Assembly: GCF_964194025.1 (NCBI RefSeq)
Contig: NC_134473.1
Span: forward strand, 13,826,001-13,890,000
DNA length: 64,000 bases
Source of the DNA: Convolutriloba macropyga
Taxonomy: Eukaryota
Direction: 5' to 3'
Part shown: positions 11,862-25,659 of the stretch, one piece after another
How positions within the stretch are numbered: position 1 is the first letter of the stretch
Layout of the letters: every line of letters begins with the position of its first letter
Program-made: the position numbers and the translations under genes
The notes under the pieces: model-generated
Databases searched by the model: none
What the model saw: only the letters and a program-made list of their open reading frames with translations
What the model was told of the DNA's origin: nothing

Positions 11862-13506
11862 CTAAATAGGAAAAATTTCTGCCCACTTCCATATCAAATA
11901 GCGTTCTCATTATTGACAAGAAATCTGCGTCATTAAGAACAATTAACGCAACGAAAATCAATTAGTTAAAGAACAGAATATTCTACGAGCCATGGCAAAC
12001 AATGATGCTGTTTTTTTGAAACACAGATTTTGAGGATGAAATACTGACATTCAAAAACAGTAAAAGATCGACATATACAATTGCGACCTACGGGGAACTC
12101 GGGGGGTTAACAGCGGGGAGGGGGATGTGAAATTATTGAAAAGGCTGCGTAGTTCAGAAAAATTAAGATCAATTGAAGTGCACAATTTTTTTTTGAATAA
12201 AAACGCACTTGGAACAGCAATTTTGGACACTAGATAAAACAAACAGACTAACATCGGACAAATTGCTCTCAAGTGACAGGCGGGGCAATTTAATTCAGGG
12301 GCTGTAGCCAAGATAAAATTTTCTTTATGGCTGCACCAAAATCCTCCGAGTTTGCCACAGAAGCATTAAACATTCGGCTATCAGGCTGACGATATTTGCT
12401 ATTTTACAACTGCTTTTATTTTAACGAAAAACTTTATTTCGGAGTTCGGAGTGAGAGCAACTGATATCACTCAAAAACGAAGACAAGCGTGAAAAATTAC
12501 TTGAGAATTCGAAGTGGACAGATAGAAGAGGACAGATATCTCGGAGAGGACAGATAGACGGGGTTATAAAACCCACCTAGTATCTGCCCTGGCTAAAGTT
12601 AAATAGTTACACTTAAATATTTAACATCCCCTGACCAGGTCTCCGGTGCCAACGCCAAGGCAAACAAACCTCAGAACGCTGTCATAGAGACATGAACAAG
12701 GAACAATGCTTAATCGGAAGAAAGGCTAACACTGTGTCTTTGCTAACGAGAGAGCCTTTGATTCCTAGCTATTATCAATTACACTTCAATGGGTATGCAA
12801 ATAATAAATATAACAATAAAGTAGAAGGTCGACCTACCCAGGGGGTGAAAATCGAACCTCATCTCACCCCACGTGCTACCCTGGGTAGACTGGCCACTAG
12901 GAAGAGTTAAGCTAACAAAGCAACGATTTCCTTATACAAGCTTGTCATCTGTTCGGGAAATTTAGGCATATACACACTACTCGAATGCATTACGTTGAGA
13001 TCACTGGCGTGAATATATTGATCGCCATTCTAGAGAAAGTCAGACAGGCTTTCGTCGAGAAAGATTGTGCAAAGCAAAAAATTTTGCAGATGGAGTGCTT
13101 CTCGAAAGCCATCAAATAATCAGTCTTGAAACAGCATCTGGGTAGCCTGGATCACAACAAGCTCAGTTGAAATGTATTGCAAATATTGAAACGCAAGCTC
13201 AGTTAAGTATCGACGCCTAACCCACCAAAAGTCGATCAGACTTCCAAATTACTGCTTTTAGCATTCTAAAACTGGTCCCCATGGCCAGAAAGATGGACAC
13301 TTTGTAGCTGTTACTCGGAACACTGAACACTCCATCTCTGCGAGAAAGGAAATTGAGCAACATAATGCAGTCTTACAAACTTGCGTCTTAAAAACAGAAA
13401 TAGAAAGTGTAAACAAAAATTTAAACTCAGGATTAAGAAACGGAGTTCCAAACCTAGCTCCTGGGTTCTTTCGCTAAATTGAACCTGATACCTCCAAAAA
13501 ATAAAA

Positions 13507-13948
13507 CATAACCGACTAACGTCAGGCGAATTGCTCTCAAACGACCGGCTAGCGGTCGGCTTCGTCAGTAGCCAGCCACGGTTTAGTGATGCTAGCTTTA
13601 GATTGATTGAAGGGGGGTAAGGTGAGCGAAGCGGGGGTGCACCGCATCGGGGAGTGGATTGGGAGGACAGATGTGGGGGCTGTGGGTGGGTGGGGTGTGG
13701 GATCAACTTCTAAGAACCGCCCTCCACAGCATAAGTATAAGTCTCCAAAACAACTTCTGTTAATCGCTTAATTGAAGACTAGTGGGCTGAACGGCACTAC
13801 GAGAACTTCAGGGAAACTGGGCGCTACCTATGTCCAGTATCTGAAGACGAAAAACAAATGGGTCAGACGAAAAATCGGCCAAACGAAAATTTGCATAAGA
13901 GACAAACAGGATTAATACATTTGCAATAAATTGCTTTTGAGAGCAAGT
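13507..13948 (-). mobile_element. HINE family A (G-tract subtype)
   Basis: Same ends and internal blocks as 28154-28569. Confidence 0.75.
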
Positions 13949-14043
13949 ACGATTAAAACATTTCTACTATAACTCATTGTTAATGAGGATCAGAGATGAT
14001 GTTATTACGTCGCGAAACAGCAGCTGAAGTGCGGCATCAACAA

Positions 14044-14044
<1 letters not shown>

Positions 14045-14079
<35 letters not shown>

Positions 14080-14100
14080 TAGTATGAGAGAGAGAGAGAG
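14045..14100 (+). repeat. (GA)n microsatellite
   Basis: Directly visible. Confidence 0.95.
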
Positions 14101-14329
14101 ATAAAACGTGAACGAGAAAGAAAAAGAAGAAATCATAAGAGACAGAGAGAAAGAGAGATGGGAATATTTTTCATGATGGGATTCGACTCTGCAACTTTTT
14201 TAGCCTTGTTGGTAAATAAATCATATAGAAAAAAACTGAAAAAGGCAAAATTAAAAGAAAAGTTTTCAACTTCGCAGTAAAAAAGCTCAAAACAAATTCT
14301 TGTCTCAGAAGTTCTGTCAAGTAATCCAT

Positions 14330-15545
14330 CCCCGAGACTTAATAGTTTCGTTGGCCAGTATAGGTCGTTAAACTCAGAAACATACTGAAAAGATTTTAGA
14401 AACGATTGCAAATTTTAACAAAATCTTGCTAAAATTCAAAATTTTAATACATTGAGAACCATTTCATTGTCAAAAATCTATCCATTATCCCTGTTTCAAG
14501 CCTGAAATAATTTAACTGGCTCATAAAGATCCATACACTTGGAACAAGATAAAAGTTTAAGAAAATATGATAAAATTTTAAATTTTATCCAAAAATTACT
14601 AAAACTGGAGTCATAAAAATATTGATCACAATCCCATTAACTCTAGAAACTATGCAGCAGCTTATTATCAAACCTTGGAGATCTAAGGGGCTGGAAAAAT
14701 CAAAAACATGAAATTGCAGAATTTTTAAAAAAAATATTGCTCAAATTCGTGATGTTAAAATCTTGAAAAACATTCCATTACATCTATAAACAATGCAGTA
14801 ACCCTATATTATCAAACCCTAGAGGAATGTCCGTGGCTGTTGAGTCTAGAGAAATCTAAAAATGACAAAAAATTGAAAAAACAGAAAAATCGCAAGTTTT
14901 TATAAAACTTGCTAAAACTTGTGATATTGAAAAGTTGAAAACTAATCCAAGACCAAGAAAAATTTTCCAGTAACTTATTATCAAACCCTAATGGAGGGTC
15001 GACTATAAATGTCAAAAAAAATGTAAGGACAAAAACTGTCAAAAAATTGCTCAAGTTCGTGATGTTCATATCTTGCAAGACATTCCATTACACCTAAACT
15101 ATACAGTAACCTATTTTCAAACCCTAGAGGAGGTTCATTGGCTTTTCAGGCTGAAAAAAAAACCTAAGAAACGACAAACAATTTAAAGAGAAACTTGAAA
15201 AAAGCAAGTTTTATCGAAAAATTGCTAAAATTTGTGACATTAAATAGTTGAAAAACTTTTCCATGACAATTTAAAATTTGTCAGTAACTTATTATCAAAC
15301 CCCTTAGGATGTTTTCTGGCGCATGGATCTGGAAAGACCTGAAGAAGCAAAACTAAATGTCAAAAAATTTAAAATTGCACGTTTTGTCAATAAAATTCGT
15401 GATGTTTAAAATTTGAAACCATTCCATTACCACGAGAAAATATGCAGTAACCTATTATTAAAACCTAAAGGAGGTTCATTGACACCTAGAGCTGATGAAA
15501 ATCAAAAATGTCATATATTTTTCAAAAAGCTTGAAAAAATTGCAA
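14330..15545. repeat. Degenerate ~140-175-bp tandem repeat array, also at ~38200-38870
   Basis: The core ccatta...aaactatgcagtaacctattatcaaaccct recurs at ~14665, 14809, 14978, 15115, 15292 and 15456. Confidence 0.7.
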
Positions 15546-18500
15546 AATAGTATATATTTGCGTGTTTTTAGTGAGCGGTTGGTCGTCAGTAGCTAAATGG
15601 GGGGTGCATCGAGGGCTGACGGGGGTAACAGTGCGGTGGGGGTAACATCGCGCGGGGGAGGGGGGAGGGAGGTGGGGGCATTAGTGGGGGGGGGGGTCAA
15701 CAGTGGAGGGGTATTCAACCGCCCTTCACACTATAATAAGTCTCCAAAACAGTTTGAGCTGGAACAGAGCTGAAAGGCTCTAAGAGGACTTAATGCCCGC
15801 TGGGCGCTACCTGTTCATCCCGTTTTTGAGGACGAAAAATCAGTCAAGCGGAAAATCGCATAAAAAGGCACTAATTTTGCAAATACAATTGCTACAAACT
15901 TCGTTTGAGAGCAATTAATCACGAATACAATATCAACTTGAATAAAACACATGTTGTTAAAAAATGGCGGAATGTTTACTGAAAACGTTATGAAAGAACC
16001 CCGACAGATGATTACAGGACAATTAATAATCTTTTAGCGTCACTGTCCACCATAGCTCTATGCAAAGTAAAACTGAAAGCATAACCCGCAGATTGTCGTA
16101 CGATAGTCCCTAAATAGAGCGTTGACAAAATTAGTTAAAAATTCCACTGAGACCAACGTTAAAAGATTTATCAAAAAATTATAGAATTAAAGAAACAGAG
16201 CGGGACAACTCCTGACACAATTCAAAGAATTTTCATTGACTAAACAAAAAAACAGGACCTACAGTGGTCTATGAATGGATTGCGAAAACCATTCAAAAAG
16301 TCAGATAAAAATGTGGAAAAAACCGTAAACATCGATCTCAAAATGCCGCATGCTCAAAAACCCATTAGCGACAAAGCGAACTTTGTTCAAACATTTTCTC
16401 ACTCTACTTGAAAATAGGAGCAAAAAATTCACGCTGCAAAACCAACCGCTTTTTCGCTTCACTTCCTGTTTCGGCGTGGCCAAAATCATCACTTCAATTT
16501 GACTTAAAAATCATGAAAAAGTGTGAAAAAAGACAACGTCCCAAAAGACAACGAATTGCAAAAAAACTAGAAAAATAAACCTTAACAAAACATTAAAACA
16601 TCCAATTAAGTAAATAAAAACTTTTCCATTAAACATGGTCAAAAACTACAATAAGTTACTTTTCAAAAGACTAAAACAAATCTGAAGACTTTCTGAAACC
16701 ACTAGAAGCATAGTATATTTCACCAAAGAACAGTTCCAAACCACCAAAGTATAACAAACATTACAAGAGCAGAAAAAAATTAGGCCAGAACAGTCAGAAT
16801 AATTTGGAAGAAAACAGTCTGAAGACTACTTTAAAACAAAAATAAAAATATGGAAGCCAAAAGCTCTTTTAGCAGAGACAAAACGTTTTGCCCTCTGGTA
16901 AATTATTCAATTCATCCACAATAAAATTTTTTCTACGAAATCTCCAAAAGACTACAAGAAGAGTTATAGTCACTAGTAAACAAAACTTTTGTTCTTTATT
17001 TAACAAAAATCTTTACGCTTTGTCAACAAATTATTGAAAGAGGCAAGCGAAACTGCTAAGGGGCCCTAACATACAAACAGGTCTTTTAACCTTGAACGAT
17101 ACTGGCAGTTTTTAATTGCTGAACAATAGAGAAAAATTAAGTTCTGTAAAAAATAACTCTGGCTGACAATAAGACTACGCGCTTCAACGAGGGCTCTGCA
17201 GGTGTTGTGGAAAAAAATTTTATGAATAATTGTTACAAATTTCACAGCGCTTGATCTCCGTGCCTAATAAAGCAAACATAAGAAATCAGATTTCACATTG
17301 TAATGTGACTTTGGGGCTTATTATATTCCCTAACCTTGTTGTGATGTTTCACGCCGACTGTTATATGGCATATCTTTTGTCACGAATTATTCCTTTAAAG
17401 ATTTTGTTGTACAGCGCCTGAGCATTTAAAAATGTACCTCGAAGCAGGGCGAACAGCTAAATAAGATTTCTAGTAAAAAAGATTTTTAGTTAAAAAGACC
17501 GAATTTGCTGGCTCCTATTCTTTATCTAAACAATTTCGGCTGTAATCTTCAGCTTCATACGTCTCAAGACCCGGGCCCATATTTACAACTCAGTAATCAA
17601 AAAACAAATATTTCAAGATATATCAAGATAACTCACGATAAATAAAACTTCTGGCGCGTGCTGGTATGTGCCAGACAAAATGCTAATATAGAAGTGTACA
17701 ATGCAAATGTAAGTATCGGTTCGTACTATCTCCAAAAATAACTATGTGGTTTTATAGCAAATATAATTGAGTAAGTTCACAGGATTTTATCAAAATGAAT
17801 ATACATTTTCTCATCCTAATGAGGCAGTAAAATCAAATCTATATATGGCCTTGAAAATATACCACTTAACAAAGAAATCATGGTAAAAAAGGAAATATCC
17901 ATTAACATAAGAAACGTAATTTAGGACGCTACACATTTTGCTCATGTGAATCACACTTGAGTTTCTAGATTTTCAAACCGCTTATCCCCTCAAAGTTGAG
18001 GAAGTTGAGTTGTAGAAAGTGTTGGTAAGAAGAGTAATTAGGAAAAAAATGTATAAATAAGGGTTGTTATCTTACAATTTGCACGAATTCGTATCCCTCA
18101 AATCCTGTCAAATGTTGACATTAATGATGCCAATCCCAAACGTTCGGAAAGAAAGATGTCAAGTTGTGACAAAAATCATAAATGGACGATTTTTGTCGCA
18201 TTGACAGAGTTGTGGAAATCAGTACTCGTCTTTGAGTCACAAGAAAAACAGGCAGAGAAACAATACTCCTGGTCGAGGAAAATCCCACGATGAATTCAAT
18301 AATAGTCTCAGCTTACACTTCACGACTATTGATGGTTACAATGCAAACTAGGTCACAATGATTAAAAATTGTCCGTTTTAGTCGTGGGATTTCAGCGAAT
18401 ACTGATAATGGTAATGTGACATTGATACCACCGCGTCAGTAATATAGAAAATATTTCAAATTGAAATCTCAAATCGTCCATTTGTTCTTTGCAATGGTGT

Positions 18501-18660
18501 CATTAAAAAACATTTTACGCCGCCAAATGGAATCACTTAACAAATTCTCTTAACAAGTTTTGAAAAAAATTGCCAATTCTCGTTCACCATTATCACTTCG
18601 AGGCCAAAATAAGAGCAAAAAATTAAGGCAACCTAAGAGGCTACAAAAATTTGAGCTTAC

Positions 18661-18879
18661 TTGATTGCACTTGGTTCCAAACGCTATCTCGCTGTGCGAG
18701 ATCCACTTGGAAGCGAAAATTTTGTTGGTATCTGGAATAGCAATAGGCACTTCTCTCATCGTCAAGGGCGAATAATTTTTAAACATCGCACTTCTTCGCA
18801 CTTGCGGCTGATCACCGGCCAGTCCATAGGCCCGCTTGTAAATATACTCGTGAAGGGACATCTTTGATGGGTCTAACAT
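18661..18879 (-). CDS. DCAF12: DDB1- and CUL4-associated factor 12 (WD40), coding exon 1
   Basis: NKIFASKWISHSEIAFGTKCNQ resembles DCAF12 NKVFASQWL...GTKCN. gtaagc donor. The start ATG is uncertain (18879 or 18861). Confidence 0.85.
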
Positions 18880-21122
18880 ATACACAGGGACGGATCAAGG
18901 TAGGTTCTAGATGCGGGTTTCAGTGGCCCTTTTTCAGACCACAAAGTAATCGTCAAGATACAATCATTGTAAACAGACGCTTGATATGCGATCAAAGGTT
19001 CGATCACAGATCATCCATAACAATATCTGAAAACTGTTAATGATGAAAAACTTATCAACATAATTTTAAAGAAACAGCTGTCAGTCAAAAGGGGAAATTG
19101 TCAAATATCTTTGAACTACATAATGACAGACTTCAGGAAGTTGTGCGAACTTAATAATGTTGTGAAATGTCTGAATAAACTAGGATATGTACTTTAAAAA
19201 GAATCTAATGAGTCACTGAAAGTGAATTTTAAATTCAGTTTAAAAAAAGCTGAGCCCATTTTCAGCACCCGACACAGTCGCAACCTTCAATACTTTTCTT
19301 ATTTACTCCATAAAAAATGTCGAGGAATCATATGGGACAAAAATTGTCAATCAACCAACTCACAGCCTAATGCCTGATATTTCATGCTTACTACTAAGCT
19401 CTAACTATTTCGCCTGCGTGTAGGTTGTGAAGCTTCTTTGAGCAGAAGAGCAACTATTTTAAAAACCCAATTTTCACTAGTTATTGAATTAAAACGAGTG
19501 AAATTTAGGTAAGTGTCACAACAGACCGGTGCATAAAGCACATTTCCATGATCGTGCAAGAAGAACTGAACATCAAGCTTGCTTCTAGTCTTTGATTTTC
19601 AGCTATTAATTATTTAGCTACTAGCATTGATTGTAACAAAATTTTAACAAACTTTTTTGAACTTTAAAAAATTCTGCTCCTTTCCAAATTCTTGAATAAA
19701 TATGGCCACAGGAGCAGTAAAACAGTCTTCAACAAGGATGAATGCTTAGTTTTAAAAATTCAAACTTCAACAACATTGCTAGCAGATTGCTTAAAAATTT
19801 GGAAAGGACAAAAATTTGGCTTCATAGAACTGTAGTCTCAAAATACCAATGAAGTAAATAGGACCTAAATGTCCAAGACAAACAACTTTTGGTTATGTTC
19901 CAATCAAGGCCGTGATGTCTTAACCTTAGAACTGTTTCTAAAATCTGCTCTTAAATGACCTTCAAATAGAGTAAGATGTCCTCAGTTGACCTTTAAAGCA
20001 AGCTAAGTCATTTTGAAAGCGGCGCGGGGACAATTTTTTTTAATGCGCATGACCCAAAACAAGAGCAAAAATGACGTCACGCATGGAACTTATGAGGTGA
20101 CGGGTCACAGGTCTTAAAAAAATCTTGAAAATATAAAAAAACGCGAAGTCAATAGTAGCTCCACTCAGCTGCCTCCATTGCGGCTACTAAGAAGAACCCG
20201 CTTCGTTTCATTTAACACCGTTACACATTTTGTGTTCAATTCATTTGACACTCGAAAACTACAATATTAAAATCCATGCATTCAATCCTTTCTCGGCTTG
20301 GTTGACGCCGTATTGGCGGACGGCGTTTGGCCAAAAAAATAATGAGAAATTTTGCCGACAATTTAAGTAAAGTGAGCAATAAGATCAATTCTGAAGCCGT
20401 GATTTGCTAATTTAAAACAGTATTTCGCAAGCTGACAAATATAAGGAAGAGTTTTTATCAAACAGTAATGAAGGTCTTTCCATGGATGCACCCTCCCCCC
20501 GTAAGGTGCGGCCACGGCAAGTGGAGCTCCACCCGACCGCACATCAAAAGATAATGGTTCACCAAACTACTGATTTAATGGAACAATGAGATTTTTTAGA
20601 CCAATTATGATAAAACTGTCGGCTAAGTTTCTCTTTTTATAACAATTTTTCTATCACCCTCAGCTTACACAATAGTTACTAATAATGACCCCGTAGAGTA
20701 GCTAATAACGCTTTTGTTGACCCCAAACCCAAAACAACAGTCAGTAATTAAGTTATTCATAGCAATTTTCACAGGAAAAAAAAACAAACTATAAGGATCT
20801 CTGACGCCGCCTTATAAAAAAATATATACTATAATAATACAATATTTTGATGCAGTAAATCATTTCTGCATTCAATTTAGGGGGATAAAACATTCACGTT
20901 TGAAGTGATTAAAACACCACGAAGCCATAAAAACTATTGGGGGATCATCATAAGAACGGACCAGGACATAATAGATCCAATAATTAGTGGTCAAATCAAC
21001 TATCAACAAAGCAATTATAAAGAACTGCTAAGAAAGAAAACAAAACGATGGCCTACAGACAGCTCGAACACTAGCCACAATTGAAATCCTGCACTGCAAT
21101 GAGATTAAAACAAGCTAACAAA

Positions 21123-23015
21123 CATAGCCGGCAGATTGCCGCAATAGCTGCGAAAGGATAGACTTGTGTGTCGTATAATAGAGATAGAAACATAAAGATC
21201 TAAATTGAAAATATCGACGCCGCTCAAAAAGCAAAGAAAAAAAATTCAGCGATAAATTAATTAAGATTGTTAAAATTCATTGCGCAGAAGCCTTTTTATT
21301 ACAGACTTTTATTACACATATGAGTTCCTTTGACCTTAAAGTAATTCAAATTAAACTTAAGTTCTAAAGTGCAAATTGAGTGAGGTGAGTCACGAATGAT
21401 CAAAATCTTATCACGCAAATGACTTAAAAACGTTGGCTAAAGAGAGTGAGATATGACGCCACGCGCGCAATGCCATTAGTGAGAGGAAGAAGTCATTCAG
21501 AAAATCTGATTTTTTCAGCTTTGCTGTGTGAACAAATATAAAACGAAAAAGAGCGTCAGACGATGAAATAAAAAACATAGCAGGACAAGTCCTGACGCAC
21601 AATTCAATAATTGTCATTGACTAAACGAAAAAACCATTGGGAAAACGATTTCCAAAAAATATCAGATCAATTAAAAAAACAGAAAATCATGGTCAAAATG
21701 CCGCATGTGAACAAAAACCCACTAGCGAGAAAAATTTGGTTTAAAAAAACTACGCCTAGATTGAACTATGAATGGATTTGGAAAACAATTTTTAAAAAAA
21801 TTCGAGCCAAAAATCGAAAAAAAAATCAAAGTGAAATTGCTGCATGAGAACAAAAAAGCACTAGCGAGAAAGCGAACTTTTGTTCAAACATCGATTTTTT
21901 ACCCTACTTGAATATTCGAGTGAGAAAAAATTCACGCCGAAAAACCACTTGCTTTATCGCTCCACTTCCTATTTCGGCGTTACCAAAATCACTACTCCAA
22001 TTTGAAAATGTGTGAACAGATCTTAAAAAAACATAGCCGGAGGAATCCCGGAAAAGTCTCGAAGATAGCTTCGCCAAAAATCAGCCTGTCGAACATCTAG
22101 TTTCTGATCGCAGTGAGTATTAACGAAGCGAGAAGACTATGTTAATTTAATAAAAAAAAACAAAATTTAGTTAAAAATTAATTTAAACGAAAACAAAAAT
22201 TCAAACAATTTTTCAATTTGCACAAGTAAAAATACAGAGGGAAAACAATATTACAAGTACTAGCAAAAATTTAATTGCTCACACAAATTCGGACAATCCA
22301 AAAAAACAGAAAAACCTCTCTTGTTTTGAAAAAGCGAAGAACTAAGAAATTTTAAAATAATTTAACAATTGTTCGCAATTTTTTGTCAAATGCAAAGAAA
22401 TAAATTGCTTGGTACCAAAGAACCTATTTAATTTGTAATAAAAAATTCCCACAAGCATTAAGCTTGCATTCAAAAACGAGTAAAAGCAATACAATACAAA
22501 AATAGGCAAGAAATCGCTAAAATAGCCTTAAAACCGGAGAATTGGTTGAAAAACCTTCAAATTAGCGTAAAACTCCCTTTAACTAACAAAAAACTTAAGC
22601 AGTATCAAAACAATATTAAAACTATAACTTTAATCTGAAATAAACTCAGACAACAAATAAGTCTAAAAAAACGCTTAAAAAAGCCGCATGTGAACAAAAA
22701 AATTGCTCGCTTAGCGAAAATTTTTTCACACCTACATTTCTCGCTCTGTTTCAAAAGAAGGCATGAACAAAACAACCACTCTCTCTTTTCTCCGCTTTTC
22801 GAATTTGTTCACTGAAACAACTTTTACAAACTTTCTTCACTCCCTGAACTTCCGGTTTTCTTGCTCGCTCACTTATATATATAAAAAACAGAAAACCATA
22901 AAGCCTCTTCGAGTCTTAAAAAAGACAGCGCCCCAATGAAATTCAATTTCTTCGTATTGTAAAAATTCAAGAGCACCGCAATATAGCTCCGCTTAGCTTA
23001 CAGCCTCGCATCTAT
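21123..23015 (-). mobile_element. Three-level HINE nest: B-like (21123-23015), C (21576-22960), D (22032-22917)
   Basis: Three catag+hairpin ends followed by three matching closing ends in reverse order. Confidence 0.75.
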
Positions 23016-23997
23016 AAAAAAGATAAAGTGCCAGCCTATTTTCAATTGTTCTAATTTGATGCGCTGTTACAGTGGGATTAGAACATTATGCTGCACCCGC
23101 TTCCATTATCAATTGCTTAAACGATACTTGACTATCGAACGACCTAAATATTGAAACGCTTGCCATATAGTAGGATAAATCGTTGACTTGCACATAACAT
23201 AAGTAAAATAGCTCAAAATTTTCGATTTTGTAGACACTATAGGCGCTTTTTTTGGCGATAGTTTATATTTCTATCACTTTAAGTGAATGTTTAATTCAAT
23301 TGATGTTAATTCAAGTTTATTTAGTTGGAGAAAATTATTGAGTCAAAATTTTGCAATTTTCTGCCATTTCGTTTTTGTGTTTCCAGGATACTTTTACATG
23401 AACTGCTTTTCTAAAGATCTATTTAGTGCGTTTTATTACTCATATGAGCCATTTGAATTGTTATTAGGCCATTTTTCACTGAAATAATGGCCTTATATTT
23501 TTTGTATTTGTTTTCATTGCCATTTACTGTTGGCTGAAGTGCGAGTAGTCACTGATTGACCAGATGAGGCATTACACGCCCTCTGAAGACCATTTAGGAC
23601 AGCAGTTTATATTTACGTTTTTCAAAAAAATAATCATTTGAAAAGTAAAGTCTCAAATTCACGCAAAATAGCATGACCCGAATAATTGCTCAACTTAAAA
23701 TCATAAAAGCTTTAAGAATCAGAAGAAACTTGCAAGAACCATTGGTCGTCCTGGAATCATGTAATAATAAATCATATAAAATAACCGATTGCTCAAGCGG
23801 ATATTAAATCACGCTTGCATTAACACGGTAGTATCAAACTTCAAAACGTGAATACGATCAACAGAGTAAATTAGCATTATTTATCTGGCTATACATAACA
23901 TTGTTACTGATTACACATTATTAGTTCTCCAGTTTAAAACGTCGAACGGTAGGTATAGTACTTTATTATGGACTGAGTAAAGCATCTATAGAGACAT

Positions 23998-24285
23998 TTA
24001 TTTGGAGTCGGCAAAGCACACTTGGTTGTTGGCAAAGTCAAATTTCGTGTAGTAGGGTCCAATGAAAACGTCTCCCAAGATCCACTGGGGTCCAGTTGGG
24101 ATCTCCATTCCGATGAAGCCAGAGAGACACTCGGTCTCTGTGCCCTGGGTTACCTTGAGCACGTACTGTTCGGGAGTCAGGACGAAGTCTTTTCCAGAGA
24201 TGGTGAAGGTGATGTCGGGCATGGAGTCAAGCTTGTCGCAGTCCACCATGTATTCACCACCAACCAGAGGGGTGGCGCCAATAGC
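23998..24285 (-). CDS. CTSD: Cathepsin D exon 5 (terminal)
   Basis: AIGATPLVGGEYMVDC...CLSGFIG...WILGDVFIGPYYTKFD then TAA. An AATAAA follows ~30 nt downstream (23962-23967). Total CDS is 1194 nt. Confidence 0.93.
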   Translation of the reverse strand, partial: AIGATPLVGGEYMVDCDKLDSMPDITFTISGKDFVLTPEQYVLKVTQGTETECLSGFIGMEIPTGPQWILGDVFIGPYYTKFDFANNQVCFADSK

Positions 24286-25165
24286 CTACAAAAGAAAATT
24301 AAATTGAGAAACAAAGAAAGAAGCAGCCAACATCACACAAGTCTCAGTCAGTTAACTTTGCTCAATAATTTAAAAAAACATCGCATGACAAGTCCTGAAT
24401 TACTATTCAAAAAATTGAATTAACTAATGACCCGAAAAATGTTTTTCCATTTTTACAGAAAAATTTGAATGGACTGAAAACCGACAACTATTATTTTTAC
24501 ATCAACACGAACTAAGAAAGTCAACGAACTATGAAAGCCCTTGACCCCATAGGCTCTAAAATGAACAAAAAACTCAAATCAATTAGAACTTTTTTCCATC
24601 TTTTAGTGTTTTAGCAACCCTTAGTAACAACATTTTTGAAAATATTGACTATGCGTCAATATTGTAACGCAATACAAAAACCTCGTGAGAATCAATGGTA
24701 GACTAAACAAAACAGAGGCAAAAACTGAAAACTGGCAAAAATCAGAAACATTCAAAACCAGTGGCGCCAAACTAAGAGAACCTGATAACTACCAGCCAAA
24801 GCCATTAAAAACCCCAAAACATAAAATAATTTTTAGCAGTTCTAATGGCTGAAAAAGGAATAATAGAACTACACATGAAGGCAAGACTCACTAATTCACT
24901 TAAACCTTTAAAAACCAATAGTATCCAAGTGAATAAAAAGTTAGCTAAAAGTTGGAGCCCATAAATTGTCTAAAATTACGCCGCACTAAAAGGCCTATAA
25001 AAATTAATTGTTGTTTTTGAGGCCAAGTGATAAGACCACAAGAAAACCAAAAACATTTAAGACCAAAAAGTGAAGTTTTGAACCAAAGTGAACTCACGCA
25101 ACCAATTAGGTTAACCTATTTCTCATAAGCAGTCAAAAATTTGCGATCAATGATAAAAGAGCAAA

Positions 25166-25659
25166 CATAGCTGGCAGATTGCCAGAAAATAGCCGCAATA
25201 GATTCGTAGATCGGCGGTCTAAAAAAACAGTAAAAAAGACAGACCAAAAAATTGTCTTTTCATTGAAGGCTGATATGTTATATTTTGATTCAAAATCTGT
25301 ATAAGTTTTTGCCGCCTCTATTAGCTGCTCTCAAATAACCTTCATTTAGAGTGACACACACCCATTTGACCTTATCTCTTTGAATTAAAGTAAATAAAAG
25401 TCAATTTCAAATTGAGGAAGTCATTTTTGAGAGTGAGGTAAGTCAAGTGTGACCAAAAATTTAATCACGCGCATGAACAAAAAAACTCGCTCCACTAAGA
25501 GCGAAAATTGACGTCACACATGCAATTCAGTTGAAATTGCATGAACGAATGAACAAAAAGTGGCCGTGACGTCATATGGTCGTAACAAAAATCATGACAA
25601 CGAAATAAAAAAACCAAGAGAAGGCCAATAATAGCCCCAGCTATCGCTGTGCGGCTATT
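25166..25659 (-). mobile_element. Non-autonomous Helentron-like element (HINE), family B1, uninterrupted copy
   Basis: On the + strand: catag, hairpin ctggca-gat-tgccag, subTIR aatagccgc, and terminal gcggctatt at the other end. It sits in A-runs with no TSD. Near-identical copies at 37264-37759 and 3419-4473. Confidence 0.8.
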
